This document shows, piece after piece, positions 20,876 through 30,002 of a DNA stretch of 64,000 nucleotides. Position numbers and translations under genes: made by a program. Each line of letters starts with the position of its first letter. The first letter of the stretch is position 1. This DNA comes from Gammaproteobacteria bacterium (lineage in GTDB: Bacteria > Pseudomonadota > Gammaproteobacteria > Eutrophobiales > Eutrophobiaceae): positions 864,001-928,000 of the forward strand of contig OZ220696.1 of assembly GCA_965116495.1 (NCBI GenBank), given 5' to 3'. Under the pieces are notes generated by a model. It did not search any database, had not been told where the DNA came from, and saw only the letters and a program-made list of their open reading frames with translations.

Positions 20876-22027
20876 ATGGCCATCACTTCTTCCGCCAAGC
20901 CGAAGCATCCGCCTGACTTCATGGAGGGAGCCACTTGCCTGCCGGCAAGCTGTTACACAGACCAGGCGCGGTTTGAACAGGAAATCGAATGCTGTTTTCG
21001 CTCAGGCTGGATCAGTATCGCTACCACTCAACAGCTTCTCTCTCCCGGGGAAATATTACCTGTCAATGCCGCCGGCGAACCATTGATAATCACCCGTGAC
21101 AGCCAAAACCAGGTTCACGTTTTTTATAATATTTGCCGTCACCGGGGATTAAAGCTGGTTGATGGCGAACTGCCGCAAAAATGCAGCGGACTACTCAGTT
21201 GTCCATATCACAGCTGGGGTTATACCCTCGATGGAAGACTGATGGTAACTCCTTATTTCGATGGCAATAAAGATTCAGGACCTGATAACACTATAAAGGA
21301 GAAATCGGGTTTATTGCCCGTCCGATTTGCCGTATGGGCTGACATAATATTTGTGAATTTGTCTGGCAAAGCACCACCATTCGAGGAATTCATCGCCCCG
21401 CTACAACAACGCTGGCAACATTTTGATCTTTCCTTGCTTCGACTTGCTTATTCGAATAGATACACAGTCTCATCAAACTGGAAGCTCGCCTGTGAAAATT
21501 TTCTGGATACCTACCATGTCCCCTGGGTACACAGCCGGCTGGGAGGCCCTGATGAAATGTTTTCAGGTCTGGAGTTTACCTATCTCAGTGATGATATCTT
21601 TGGATTTATCAAGCCTGATTTTGATCGCAGGCGTGATCAGGCAGAATTTGTACCAACCCTGTTTCCCGGCATCGAAGCGCGTTTCGAATATGCACTCGAT
21701 CTTATTTTCATTTTCCCGAATACACTCCTCATGATTACGCCGAGCTGGTTTCAACTCATCAGCCTGGCGCCACAAGGCACGGCGCTAACACAGGAACTAC
21801 TAACCGGATACCTGGTAGGAGACGATATGATGTCAGGTTCTTTGGAAGAGTTTCGTGCCGGCTTTTGCGACCTGCTTAATGAAATCAACACGCAGGACGT
21901 TGTCATCCTTGAGAAATTGCAGGCCGGGCGAAAAACAGCGGCAGCAGACCATGGTCAGTACGCGCCTTACTGGGATCAGCTCAGCGAACGATTGGCACAG
22001 CGTATCCTGCATGCGGTTAAAGCATAA
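20876..22027 (+). CDS. Rieske non-heme iron oxygenase alpha subunit (choline monooxygenase-like)
   Basis: CRHRG...CPYH Rieske ligands; NWKL..ENFLDTYHVPWVH mononuclear Fe site. Confidence 0.9.
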   Translation: MAITSSAKPKHPPDFMEGATCLPASCYTDQARFEQEIECCFRSGWISIATTQQLLSPGEILPVNAAGEPLIITRDSQNQVHVFYNICRHRGLKLVDGELPQKCSGLLSCPYHSWGYTLDGRLMVTPYFDGNKDSGPDNTIKEKSGLLPVRFAVWADIIFVNLSGKAPPFEEFIAPLQQRWQHFDLSLLRLAYSNRYTVSSNWKLACENFLDTYHVPWVHSRLGGPDEMFSGLEFTYLSDDIFGFIKPDFDRRRDQAEFVPTLFPGIEARFEYALDLIFIFPNTLLMITPSWFQLISLAPQGTALTQELLTGYLVGDDMMSGSLEEFRAGFCDLLNEINTQDVVILEKLQAGRKTAAADHGQYAPYWDQLSERLAQRILHAVKA

Positions 22028-22048
22028 AACGCCGGATTGGATCAAGGA

Positions 22049-22078
22049 TTAATTTCCGGCTTTTCCCAGTAATTCCAG
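22049..22078 (-). pseudogene. 30-bp remnant of the 3' end of an M20 amidohydrolase gene
   Basis: 26/30 nt identical to 58919-58948; encodes LELLGKAGN* versus LELLGKVDN*. Confidence 0.65.
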
Positions 22079-22202
22079 CGATTACTCCTTAAACAGAAAA
22101 TCCGGTAAGAGTCCCAGATGGATTTATTCTAAAACCATTGTTTATTTATAAGAGCGGGGGATTGCAAGGCCAGCCTTGTCATCCACTGGCGCAATCTGCG
22201 GG

Positions 22203-23525
22203 TCAAAGAGGAAAACGCCCGCTCAGATATAATGGATAACTATGCATGGCCGTTTTATGGTTGATTTCAAGATTTCGGGCGCTCAAGCGTGTTCGATAGG
22301 GTGGGGCATAGCGTCGCGCAAAGACATTAAGACTTTTTAATTTACCGGATTTCCCCGCTTTCACTTCAATCGGCAGAACCTGGCCGTCTGTTTCCAGCAT
22401 GAACTCAACCTCTGCCGTATTGTGCATCCAGCAATAAAGTGTTTTACCACTGGCTTGTGTTAATTCCTGGGCAACAAAATTCTCACAAAACGCGCCCCTG
22501 AACGTCGCAAACAGTTCAGCCCCCGTATATAGCGCAGCGGGTGAGAGCTGGGCCATGGCGCCCAGCAATCCAGTGTCAAACATGTACAGCTTGAACCGGT
22601 TTTCCTGGGCGAATGCCGAAAAAGGCAACTCTCCGGTGCTGGCGATAGGCGTCTTGATGACCAGACCCGCGCCGGCCAGCCAGTCAATGGCGCTGTGCAG
22701 GGTTGGGTAACTCCCTCCGGATACCGCCTTTGACGGCATAAACTTTTTATTTTCTTTGGCAAGCTGTGCCGGTATGGATGAAAATACCGCTAAAATTCGA
22801 TCCGACCTGAGCGGGCCGGCATACTTGGCAAAATCCCGCACGTAGGCATCCAGCAGGTCCCGTTGCCGGGCGCGCGCTTGTTCAAATGCTTCCCGGCGGT
22901 GTGCGCGGTTTCTCCTGTAAACGTCCACCACTTCCGGCAAGCCGCCAATAACAAAATATTCTTTCAGCAGTCTCAGGAGGTTTTCGTGGATAAGCTCCGG
23001 AATTCGGGTGTCCCGGGCAATATCCTGCAAATAAGCGAGCATTCTTGTCTCGCCAATGGCTCCTGCAAACTCCATAAACGACAACGGGTAAAGATCCAGG
23101 AAGGTGGCCTTGCCGACGGGAAAGGAATCGTCCGCGTGGACAAGTCCCAACAACGAACCGGCACAGCAAAGGGCCAGTTCAGGCATTTTCTCACAAAAGT
23201 ACTTGATGCTGGTAAGGGCGCGGGGGCAATCCTGTATTTCATCGAATATGACCAAGTCGGTTTGTATATCAATATCAGCGTCGAGGAAAAACTCCAATGA
23301 CTCGATAATGCCGTTTGGAGACAAAGAGCCTTGGAATAAAGTGTTAAGTTCCGGGTTCTCCTGAAAGTCTGCAACGTGGCAGGCCGGAAAATGCAGTTTG
23401 CCAAATTCCTTCAATATATATGACTTGCCGGTTTGTCTGGCTCCCCTCAGCACAAGCGGTTTCCGTGCAGACGCCTGTTTCCAGGCGATCAGGTCCTGGG
23501 TGATGTCGCGGGTTATGGAATCCAT
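22203..23525 (-). CDS. AAA ATPase with DUF4143 domain
   Basis: GARQTGKS Walker A, FDEIQ Walker B, GGLPE, KLYMFDTGLL, C-terminal EVEF...PIEVK. Confidence 0.9.
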   Translation of the reverse strand: MDSITRDITQDLIAWKQASARKPLVLRGARQTGKSYILKEFGKLHFPACHVADFQENPELNTLFQGSLSPNGIIESLEFFLDADIDIQTDLVIFDEIQDCPRALTSIKYFCEKMPELALCCAGSLLGLVHADDSFPVGKATFLDLYPLSFMEFAGAIGETRMLAYLQDIARDTRIPELIHENLLRLLKEYFVIGGLPEVVDVYRRNRAHRREAFEQARARQRDLLDAYVRDFAKYAGPLRSDRILAVFSSIPAQLAKENKKFMPSKAVSGGSYPTLHSAIDWLAGAGLVIKTPIASTGELPFSAFAQENRFKLYMFDTGLLGAMAQLSPAALYTGAELFATFRGAFCENFVAQELTQASGKTLYCWMHNTAEVEFMLETDGQVLPIEVKAGKSGKLKSLNVFARRYAPPYRTRLSARNLEINHKTAMHSYPLYLSGRFPL

Positions 23526-23880
23526 AAATTAAATATACAGGAAAAAATCACCATATAAATTATATTTCATACGAAAAATTAGAAAATATCATAGATTTAC
23601 CTATGAATAAATCTGATCCTGCAATTTCTTACCGGAATTGGCGCTTCACCTCCCAGGTCTTTAATACACCACTTGACCAAAGCCCGGTCAAAGACGGGGA
23701 TTGCGTTTCAAGTAATGTAGACATTATTTACTCGTATCAACCTCACGTTTTTCTTGTAAAATAGTATAATCTCCTCAGCATTTTAAATGATGTGAAATTA
23801 TGAAAGTATTAGCGCCTCAAGGAAGCAAGAAGGGATCAAATTATCCCCAATCATCGCGGAGATAAGGGGAGCGCGTGTCT

Positions 23881-24154
23881 GTGCCAGATTTGAATTTATT
23901 CGATAACCCCTACATGGTAGTGGGTTTACTTGTTCCCGGCCTCATTGTTCTTTCTGTTCGGTCACAGTTTCTGACCGGACGAAGGCCATCTCATTAGCGA
24001 GCGTGATATCTATATTCAGTGGACTTACGACATTGATGATCAAGACAATTGGTCCTCGCGTGGTGAGAATGGTGTTCTCATTGCCGCGGGTGAAGTCCAG
24101 ACGATAGAATTTTGGCCCTACAATCCACAGGAGGATGCCAATGAGCAAGAGTGA
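23881..24154 (+). pseudogene. DUF6338-like membrane protein remnant (internal deletion with frameshift)
   Basis: GTG-start VPDLNLFDNPYMVVGLLVPGLIVLSVRSQFLTGRRPSH* joined out of frame to ERDIYIQWTY...GVLIAAGEVQTIEFW; GGGGAG RBS upstream. Confidence 0.6.
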
Positions 24155-24332
24155 CAATTCAACTTCGGCACCACGTCCAACCTCATCCAATAAGGGACAT
24201 CAATCTATACCCCTAAAGAAAGGCTACGTACCCGACCAGCAACGTGGACACCAACCTGTTACCAGCCAGCGTGTTCCAGCCAATCCACCTTCAAATCCAC
24301 CGAATCAGGGGACTGGAGGGAAGAATGGCTGA
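24141..24332 (+). CDS. Small Pro/Gln-rich hypothetical protein
   Basis: GGAGG RBS; KKGYVP...GHQP...NPPNQGTGGK; overlaps the end of the DUF6338-like remnant. Confidence 0.5.
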   Translation: MSKSDNSTSAPRPTSSNKGHQSIPLKKGYVPDQQRGHQPVTSQRVPANPPSNPPNQGTGGKNG

Positions 24333-24390
24333 AATAGTGTCATTACCAAGATAATTCAGGGTGATGCTTCATTTATAATTTGAAGCTAAA

Positions 24391-26502
24391 TCATCTCCCC
24401 TCTAAAAAATCCTCAAAAAATTCCGATACCGGTTCAACCCCGGATATCAGCAGGCGATCTCTCGCCCGGGTACAGGCAACGTAGAACAGGTGTCGCTCAG
24501 TTTCATACACTTCGTCCAGTTCGTCTTCATCGGCAACAGTTTCAATGCGCTCCTGTGAGGGCAGAATGTCATCGTCGCAGGCCATCACTACAACAGCCTG
24601 GAATTCCAGGCCTTTTGCCAGATGCATAGTGGCGATGGAGATACGGCCATCCCGGTCTTCCACCCGGTTGGAAAGTTCCAGGGGTGTTTGTTCTGCCAGC
24701 TTGACTACCTCACGGGCACGCGGCAATTCATTGTTGCTGCGTACAAATATGCCAACCTCTTCCGGATTTATCCCGTCCTCTATGATTTTCCGTACCCAGG
24801 CAGCCACTTCTTCGGTTTCCTGGTGGGCGTCATCAAATGTCTTGACTTCAGGTTCGAGGCCGTTGAAAACCGAAATAACGTCCCGCCGGTTTTCCTCGTT
24901 TCCATCCACATCCCTGATGACATCCGGCAGGAGCCGATCAGCTGCTCTCCTGATCTGGTGGGATGTGCGGTAATTGACTTTCAGGGTGTGGGAACGCCCG
25001 CGTATGTCGACACCCAGCGCCTTCCATGAGAAAGGCCGCTGGAAGATACGCTGGCCGATATCGCCGCTGAAGAACAGCGCATCAGGGTTGTCCGCTTTCA
25101 TCGCTGTAAACAGCCTGAGTTCGGGTACGCCCAGGTCCTGGACCTCATCGACAATGATATGGGTAAAAGGTTTATGCTCCTGTGTAGCGAAATATGCCGT
25201 CACCTCTCTGCAAATCTCCGGCCAGGTATGTAGCCCTTGCCTGGTGAGTAACTCCCGACAGCGAGCGAACACCGGCCAGGCTCTTTCCCGTTGTCCTGAA
25301 CTGATGCGGCTGCGGCGTCCGATACGCGGCACGTTCTGGTAGATTTCCAGGCTATCAACCTGCCAGGCATCGATGACATTGCGCCATTCAGAGACAAGAA
25401 ATTGAATGGTGAATTTCGTATTCTCAAGCTCGTTTGCTGCCGTTTCCAGCGCTCGTTTTACCTGTTCTTCCTTAGCAATTCTGGGCGTGCGGCCGAATGC
25501 AAGTGTGTAAAGTTCAATCGCAACCCGCTCGAACGGCAGGATTGTCACATTGGTATTCCCGTTACCGGTCAGCACACTCAACTTATGTTTCAATGCGTTG
25601 GCAAGGGGCAGGGAAAAGGTTGTCAGAAGAACTTTGGCTTGCCTGTCTTTCTGCAAAATCGCAGCAGCGCGGTGCAGTGTCACCACGGTTTTTCCCGTTC
25701 CCGCTGAACCGGACACGCGGGCTGGGCCATTGAATTGCCGATCCACCAGGCGCCGTTGCGAGGGATGGAGGAATATCGCCCATTGTTCCCAGGGGTAAGC
25801 CAGTGCTCGTTCCAGTTCTTCCATATTTTCCATTACCCGAAACCGGCGTTGCGCATCCGGGTGCTCAAAAGGATCGGTTCCGGGAATTACAGGCGCTGGC
25901 TGGGGCAGGGCGCCGGTGCTGACATAGTCGAGCAACGCTTCAGACGCCTCAGCCGGCAGGTGCTCGGCAATGTCGAGAAACCCATCTTCCGAGGCTTGCA
26001 GAATATTCTCAACCCAGTCCTCGGGCACACCGACACCAAGTAACGCTTGTTCTGACAAACTGAAAAATGGACCTGGAAGGTAAGGCTGGTCTGGAGTATC
26101 GGCAACGCTATACGCTAATGTATCCATATCTTCGAAGTAAGGTATTGCAACCTTTTCAACCCGCTCAGGCACCTCAATTACCTGAACAGCGCCGGTTTTA
26201 GGATGGGTTTCAATTCGTCTTCGTTCCGTCCATTGATAGGCTTCATCGTGGTGACCGACATAACATATTAAAAAGCTGTTTTCGGTCTTGTGGACGATTA
26301 CCCGGATGTCCATGTTTACGCTAACAGACCAGAAGTGCGGATCTCTGGAGCCAGAAACACGGTGTAACCGCAAACCAGTCGCTGCTGGGTTTTGCTGCAA
26401 GTCAAAAACCGTAATCTTTGCAGCTTTCTGTTCCTGGCCTTTCAGCTTGTCCAGTGCTTTTGAAAAGCTTTTTGCGATGAGGAACTGCGCCGGTTCGGTC
26501 AC
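24391..26502 (-). CDS. SF1 UvrD-like helicase with N-terminal RelE/ParE-like domain
   Basis: N-terminal SFSKAL.KL...NP...GL.LHRV...FWSV.V..DIRVIV...YVGHHDEAY; GSAGTGKT, VDEVQD, GDIGQRIF, NYRT, AKGLEF, YVACTRARD. Confidence 0.88.
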   Translation of the reverse strand: MTEPAQFLIAKSFSKALDKLKGQEQKAAKITVFDLQQNPAATGLRLHRVSGSRDPHFWSVSVNMDIRVIVHKTENSFLICYVGHHDEAYQWTERRRIETHPKTGAVQVIEVPERVEKVAIPYFEDMDTLAYSVADTPDQPYLPGPFFSLSEQALLGVGVPEDWVENILQASEDGFLDIAEHLPAEASEALLDYVSTGALPQPAPVIPGTDPFEHPDAQRRFRVMENMEELERALAYPWEQWAIFLHPSQRRLVDRQFNGPARVSGSAGTGKTVVTLHRAAAILQKDRQAKVLLTTFSLPLANALKHKLSVLTGNGNTNVTILPFERVAIELYTLAFGRTPRIAKEEQVKRALETAANELENTKFTIQFLVSEWRNVIDAWQVDSLEIYQNVPRIGRRSRISSGQRERAWPVFARCRELLTRQGLHTWPEICREVTAYFATQEHKPFTHIIVDEVQDLGVPELRLFTAMKADNPDALFFSGDIGQRIFQRPFSWKALGVDIRGRSHTLKVNYRTSHQIRRAADRLLPDVIRDVDGNEENRRDVISVFNGLEPEVKTFDDAHQETEEVAAWVRKIIEDGINPEEVGIFVRSNNELPRAREVVKLAEQTPLELSNRVEDRDGRISIATMHLAKGLEFQAVVVMACDDDILPSQERIETVADEDELDEVYETERHLFYVACTRARDRLLISGVEPVSEFFEDFLEGR

Positions 26503-29270
26503 ACTTCAAACACCTTCATCACCTCATCGCCGAAATGGTTAATGACCTTGACGGCAAACCGTCCCGTTGACGGACGCGTAAACGGGCGGGATTTGTCGCG
26601 GTACAAAGTCTCCCAGGCTTCCTTATCGATTTCCGCTTTTAGGCTGGTTTTCAAAGATTTGTAAGGGTCGCCGGCGCCCATGAAATACGCGTGGCGAACA
26701 AAGAAGCTTTCCCTGTTGTAGTCGGTGTCGATAAACCAGGCGGCGATTTCATCTTTGCCGCTTGGGCGCACTTCACTGGTTTTCGGGTCAAATACGTCCA
26801 CTCCCAGAACTTCGACCACGATATTGCCTTCATCATCGAAGTCCCATTCGATATCCGGTTCACCGAAGACGACAAACAGGTTGCCCGATCCGGTATTTTT
26901 CAATTCTTCCGACATATGCAAGTCGGTATTCATCCGTGCTTTCAGGATCGGCAGCGGGCCAAGCTTTGTCAGTTCCGAAGTATGGGCGTCGAAGTTAAAA
27001 CCACAGGCAATCAGAGCATCAAAACGATCGCGTTGGGCTTCACTGGCAGCATTTGCCAGGTCGGACTGCGTAATGGTGCCGTACTCCGGGCCGATGAATA
27101 TGCCGGCCCGTCTTTCGTTACTGCTTTCCGTATAGTGACCGACGGCGGCAATGTATTCTCCAGGCCAACCCTCTATGGTGGAGAAGGTTATCCTGTCTTC
27201 TTTAGCAACCTGTTGAACGCCGGCAGACTTCATATTTTCCAGTACCATCTGCGTAAAATCATTGAGGGGAATGGCCTCACTAACTCCCTCTTGGCCAGTG
27301 TTCTCATCCGAAGCATACGAATAATCGTCATCAGCTGATACCATGCGATGGGGAGATAGGCTTTCCACGGTAAACGGACCGGAAACTCTCACTCTGGTGT
27401 TATCCGTGTATGGCTTATCGTAGAGCGTTTCATAGTCAGCCTTGGCAGCGATGGATGCATCGATCTCCTTTTGTCTGTCAATGCGGGCTTTCCACCATTC
27501 GCTGTGACAGAGTTTAGCTGTCTCCGGCCAACTGTCTTCCTCGTCACGAGGCACCTCCCATTCCTGCCATTCCTGGTGTAGTTCTGCATTGAGTTGTTTA
27601 CGCAAGGGTTCCAGCGTTTCCTGGTATTTTTCCCAGAGCACGTCTATTTCGGCATTGTTGGCAATGGATTTGAGCGTGATGTGGGGCACCCGTTCATAGA
27701 CAAATCCTTGCCGAATATTACCGTAAGTGGGGTCTGATTTGGGTATTGTTTGGGCCAATTCCGCTTCTTTCATTTGGCCTTCCGTGGAATCTCTTAACAG
27801 ATAATAGGGGTAGCGAGCGCCCATAATTCGGGCACGGGCCAGTGCCAGGGCAACGCGTGAGGTATCGATAGTAATCCATCGGCGTCCCCACTGTTCGGCT
27901 ACGTAGGCGGTGGTGCCCGAGCCACAGGTAGGATCGAGGACAAGGTCGCCAGGATCGGTGGTCATAAGGAGGCAACGTTGCACTGTCTTCGTGCCTGTTT
28001 GTACAACATAGATCTTATCGTCTGTGAAGCTTCCAGTACCGGTGTCTCTCCAGAGTTTTGATACTTCTGTTACAGGAAAGTCATCAAGTCGCCGTACGTA
28101 CTGGAGGCTATTTTGTGCAATATGCAATCGATTGGCTTTCTCTAACCTTGATAGACCATTTGTAGTGGTCTTGGACCGAAACCTGTAACTTTTCCCGTCA
28201 AGGTTATACTTGATGTAGGGGTTGCCTTGAGAGGTGATATTGTCTGCTTTATATATAAAATACCCATCTGGAACCTTGTTCTCTGATTTTTCTTCCTTAG
28301 TCATACTCCGGTATTCGCCTCGGGAATCTCGAATCCATGTATAGGTTGATGCGGTTCCATCTTCTCGGTTCTTAGAAAGATAAGGTTGTCTAAACTTAAT
28401 ACAATCAGAGTCCTTGCCGTACCAGAGCAAATAATCGAAACGATCCGCTAAATACTTAGACGATAAACCGCTCGTCTTTACAAATGCCAATTCACCCATG
28501 AAGTTGCTATTTCCAAACACCTCATCCATTACCGCCCGTACCCGGTGAACATTCTCATCCCCAATCTGCACGAATATAGAACCACTCCCCGACAGTAAAT
28601 CTCTTGCCACCGTCAACCGATCGCGCAGGTAGGTCAGGTACGAGTGTATACCATGCTTCCATGTGTCTCGAAATGCCTTCACTTGTTCCGGTTCCCTGGT
28701 AACGTGCTCCATTTTGCTGTCCTTCACATCCCGTGAGCGGGTGGACACCTGCCAGTTGGAATTAAACTTGATGCCGTAGGGCGGATCGATATAAATACAC
28801 TGCACCTTTCCCCGCAGTCCTTCGCGCTCCGCCAGACTTGCCATCACCTGCAGGCTGTCTCCCAGGATCATACGGTTTTGCCAGTTCTGGTCGTGCTGGT
28901 AGAACTCGGTTTTGTCGGCATCCCCCAGGCCGTTGAAATCGGCAAACAGGTCCAGTTCGACAGGTGATTCATCCCGGCGGGAGTCTGCCTGCCGTTTCAG
29001 GTCGTCGATGATCGCCTTGGGATGAATTTTTTCCTGGATGTAGAGGGGTGGCGCTTGCACCACCAGGTCCGACCAGTCCTGTTCGTCCTTGCCGCGCCAG
29101 ACGAGTTGCGGATCCAGGTCTTTATTTCGGCGTTCGTAGCTGACCTGAATTGGAGACTTGTCTGCCTCGTGCAGGGAGGGTTCGTATTCTACGGTGGGAA
29201 TATTCTTTCTCGTGGCTTCCTTGTGAGTAAGAGTTTCTACCTGTTTTGCGGAATGTCGTCTTCTGGGCAT
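26499..29270 (-). CDS. mod: Type III R-M DNA methyltransferase (Mod, beta class)
   Basis: IYIDPPYG motif IV precedes LDPTCGSGTT motif I; C-terminal AVKVINHFGDE. Confidence 0.92.
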   Translation of the reverse strand: MPRRRHSAKQVETLTHKEATRKNIPTVEYEPSLHEADKSPIQVSYERRNKDLDPQLVWRGKDEQDWSDLVVQAPPLYIQEKIHPKAIIDDLKRQADSRRDESPVELDLFADFNGLGDADKTEFYQHDQNWQNRMILGDSLQVMASLAEREGLRGKVQCIYIDPPYGIKFNSNWQVSTRSRDVKDSKMEHVTREPEQVKAFRDTWKHGIHSYLTYLRDRLTVARDLLSGSGSIFVQIGDENVHRVRAVMDEVFGNSNFMGELAFVKTSGLSSKYLADRFDYLLWYGKDSDCIKFRQPYLSKNREDGTASTYTWIRDSRGEYRSMTKEEKSENKVPDGYFIYKADNITSQGNPYIKYNLDGKSYRFRSKTTTNGLSRLEKANRLHIAQNSLQYVRRLDDFPVTEVSKLWRDTGTGSFTDDKIYVVQTGTKTVQRCLLMTTDPGDLVLDPTCGSGTTAYVAEQWGRRWITIDTSRVALALARARIMGARYPYYLLRDSTEGQMKEAELAQTIPKSDPTYGNIRQGFVYERVPHITLKSIANNAEIDVLWEKYQETLEPLRKQLNAELHQEWQEWEVPRDEEDSWPETAKLCHSEWWKARIDRQKEIDASIAAKADYETLYDKPYTDNTRVRVSGPFTVESLSPHRMVSADDDYSYASDENTGQEGVSEAIPLNDFTQMVLENMKSAGVQQVAKEDRITFSTIEGWPGEYIAAVGHYTESSNERRAGIFIGPEYGTITQSDLANAASEAQRDRFDALIACGFNFDAHTSELTKLGPLPILKARMNTDLHMSEELKNTGSGNLFVVFGEPDIEWDFDDEGNIVVEVLGVDVFDPKTSEVRPSGKDEIAAWFIDTDYNRESFFVRHAYFMGAGDPYKSLKTSLKAEIDKEAWETLYRDKSRPFTRPSTGRFAVKVINHFGDEVMKVFEV

Positions 29271-29285
29271 TTGCTGTGGCGTCAG

Positions 29286-29720
29286 TCACTGATTCCGATA
29301 AGCCCTGATTTCATTTCGGACGTCGTCTTCCGTGATGTCATTCTCCAATGTCCGTTTTTTGCCATAGGAATAAATCTCCTCCCACACGGCCTGACGCGAC
29401 GAAAAGTGGTAGACCCCGATCTCAGGCCTGGTTTTTAACATTGATACCACTTTGGGTATCAGTGGTTCCAAATCCTGAACGCGGGTACGGTATGAAACAA
29501 GAACAATGATAGTGACGGGTAGGGTATCCGGATTCTGTTGATATTCCATGCTCCTGTCCGTTGTAACGAGAACATCAAAACCCTGCCGGCTTGCAAGTGC
29601 CAATAATGATCCGTTCTTTATTCCGGCCCAGCCCATTTGAGGCACTGTTCTGATGTAAAATGTATCAGGGAAACTACGGGCCAAACGTCGGGGGACGGAC
29701 TCGTCAAAGAGTAATTTCAT
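29286..29720 (-). CDS. DUF5615 PIN-like toxin with extended C-terminal tail
   Basis: MKLLFDESVP, GW.GIKNG.LL, VLVTTD...YQQN; paired with upstream DUF433. Confidence 0.85.
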   Translation of the reverse strand: MKLLFDESVPRRLARSFPDTFYIRTVPQMGWAGIKNGSLLALASRQGFDVLVTTDRSMEYQQNPDTLPVTIIVLVSYRTRVQDLEPLIPKVVSMLKTRPEIGVYHFSSRQAVWEEIYSYGKKRTLENDITEDDVRNEIRAYRNQ

Positions 29721-29949
29721 CTCCCTGATTGGCGAATTGGTCGAGGGCCAATTTGATAGTCTGGATAGCCTGACTACGGGTCACACTGGGAAAATTGTCA
29801 AGAAAATCATCGAGGCGGTCACCTGCTTCAAGGTGTTCCGATAGTATGCGTACAGGTACTCGCGTACCGGCGAAAACAGGCGTTCCTCCCAGGACCTCCG
29901 GGTCACAGGTAACAACCGAATGATATATCTGCGGATTCTGCTTGTCCAT
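29704..29949 (-). CDS. DUF433 family antitoxin
   Basis: DPEVLGGTPVFAGTRVPV...L..G..LDDFL.NFPSVT. Confidence 0.9.
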   Translation of the reverse strand: MDKQNPQIYHSVVTCDPEVLGGTPVFAGTRVPVRILSEHLEAGDRLDDFLDNFPSVTRSQAIQTIKLALDQFANQGDEITL

Positions 29950-30002
29950 GACGCCAATTATAGTACAACCAACACCTGTTCAACAATAAAGATATCCTAT
30001 GC

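Noticed and set aside
26499-29270. Phase-variable mod (phasevarion)
   Set aside because: No simple-sequence repeat tract was seen in mod. The poly-Pro codon run in res (~31078-31110) is an in-frame mixed triplet linker.
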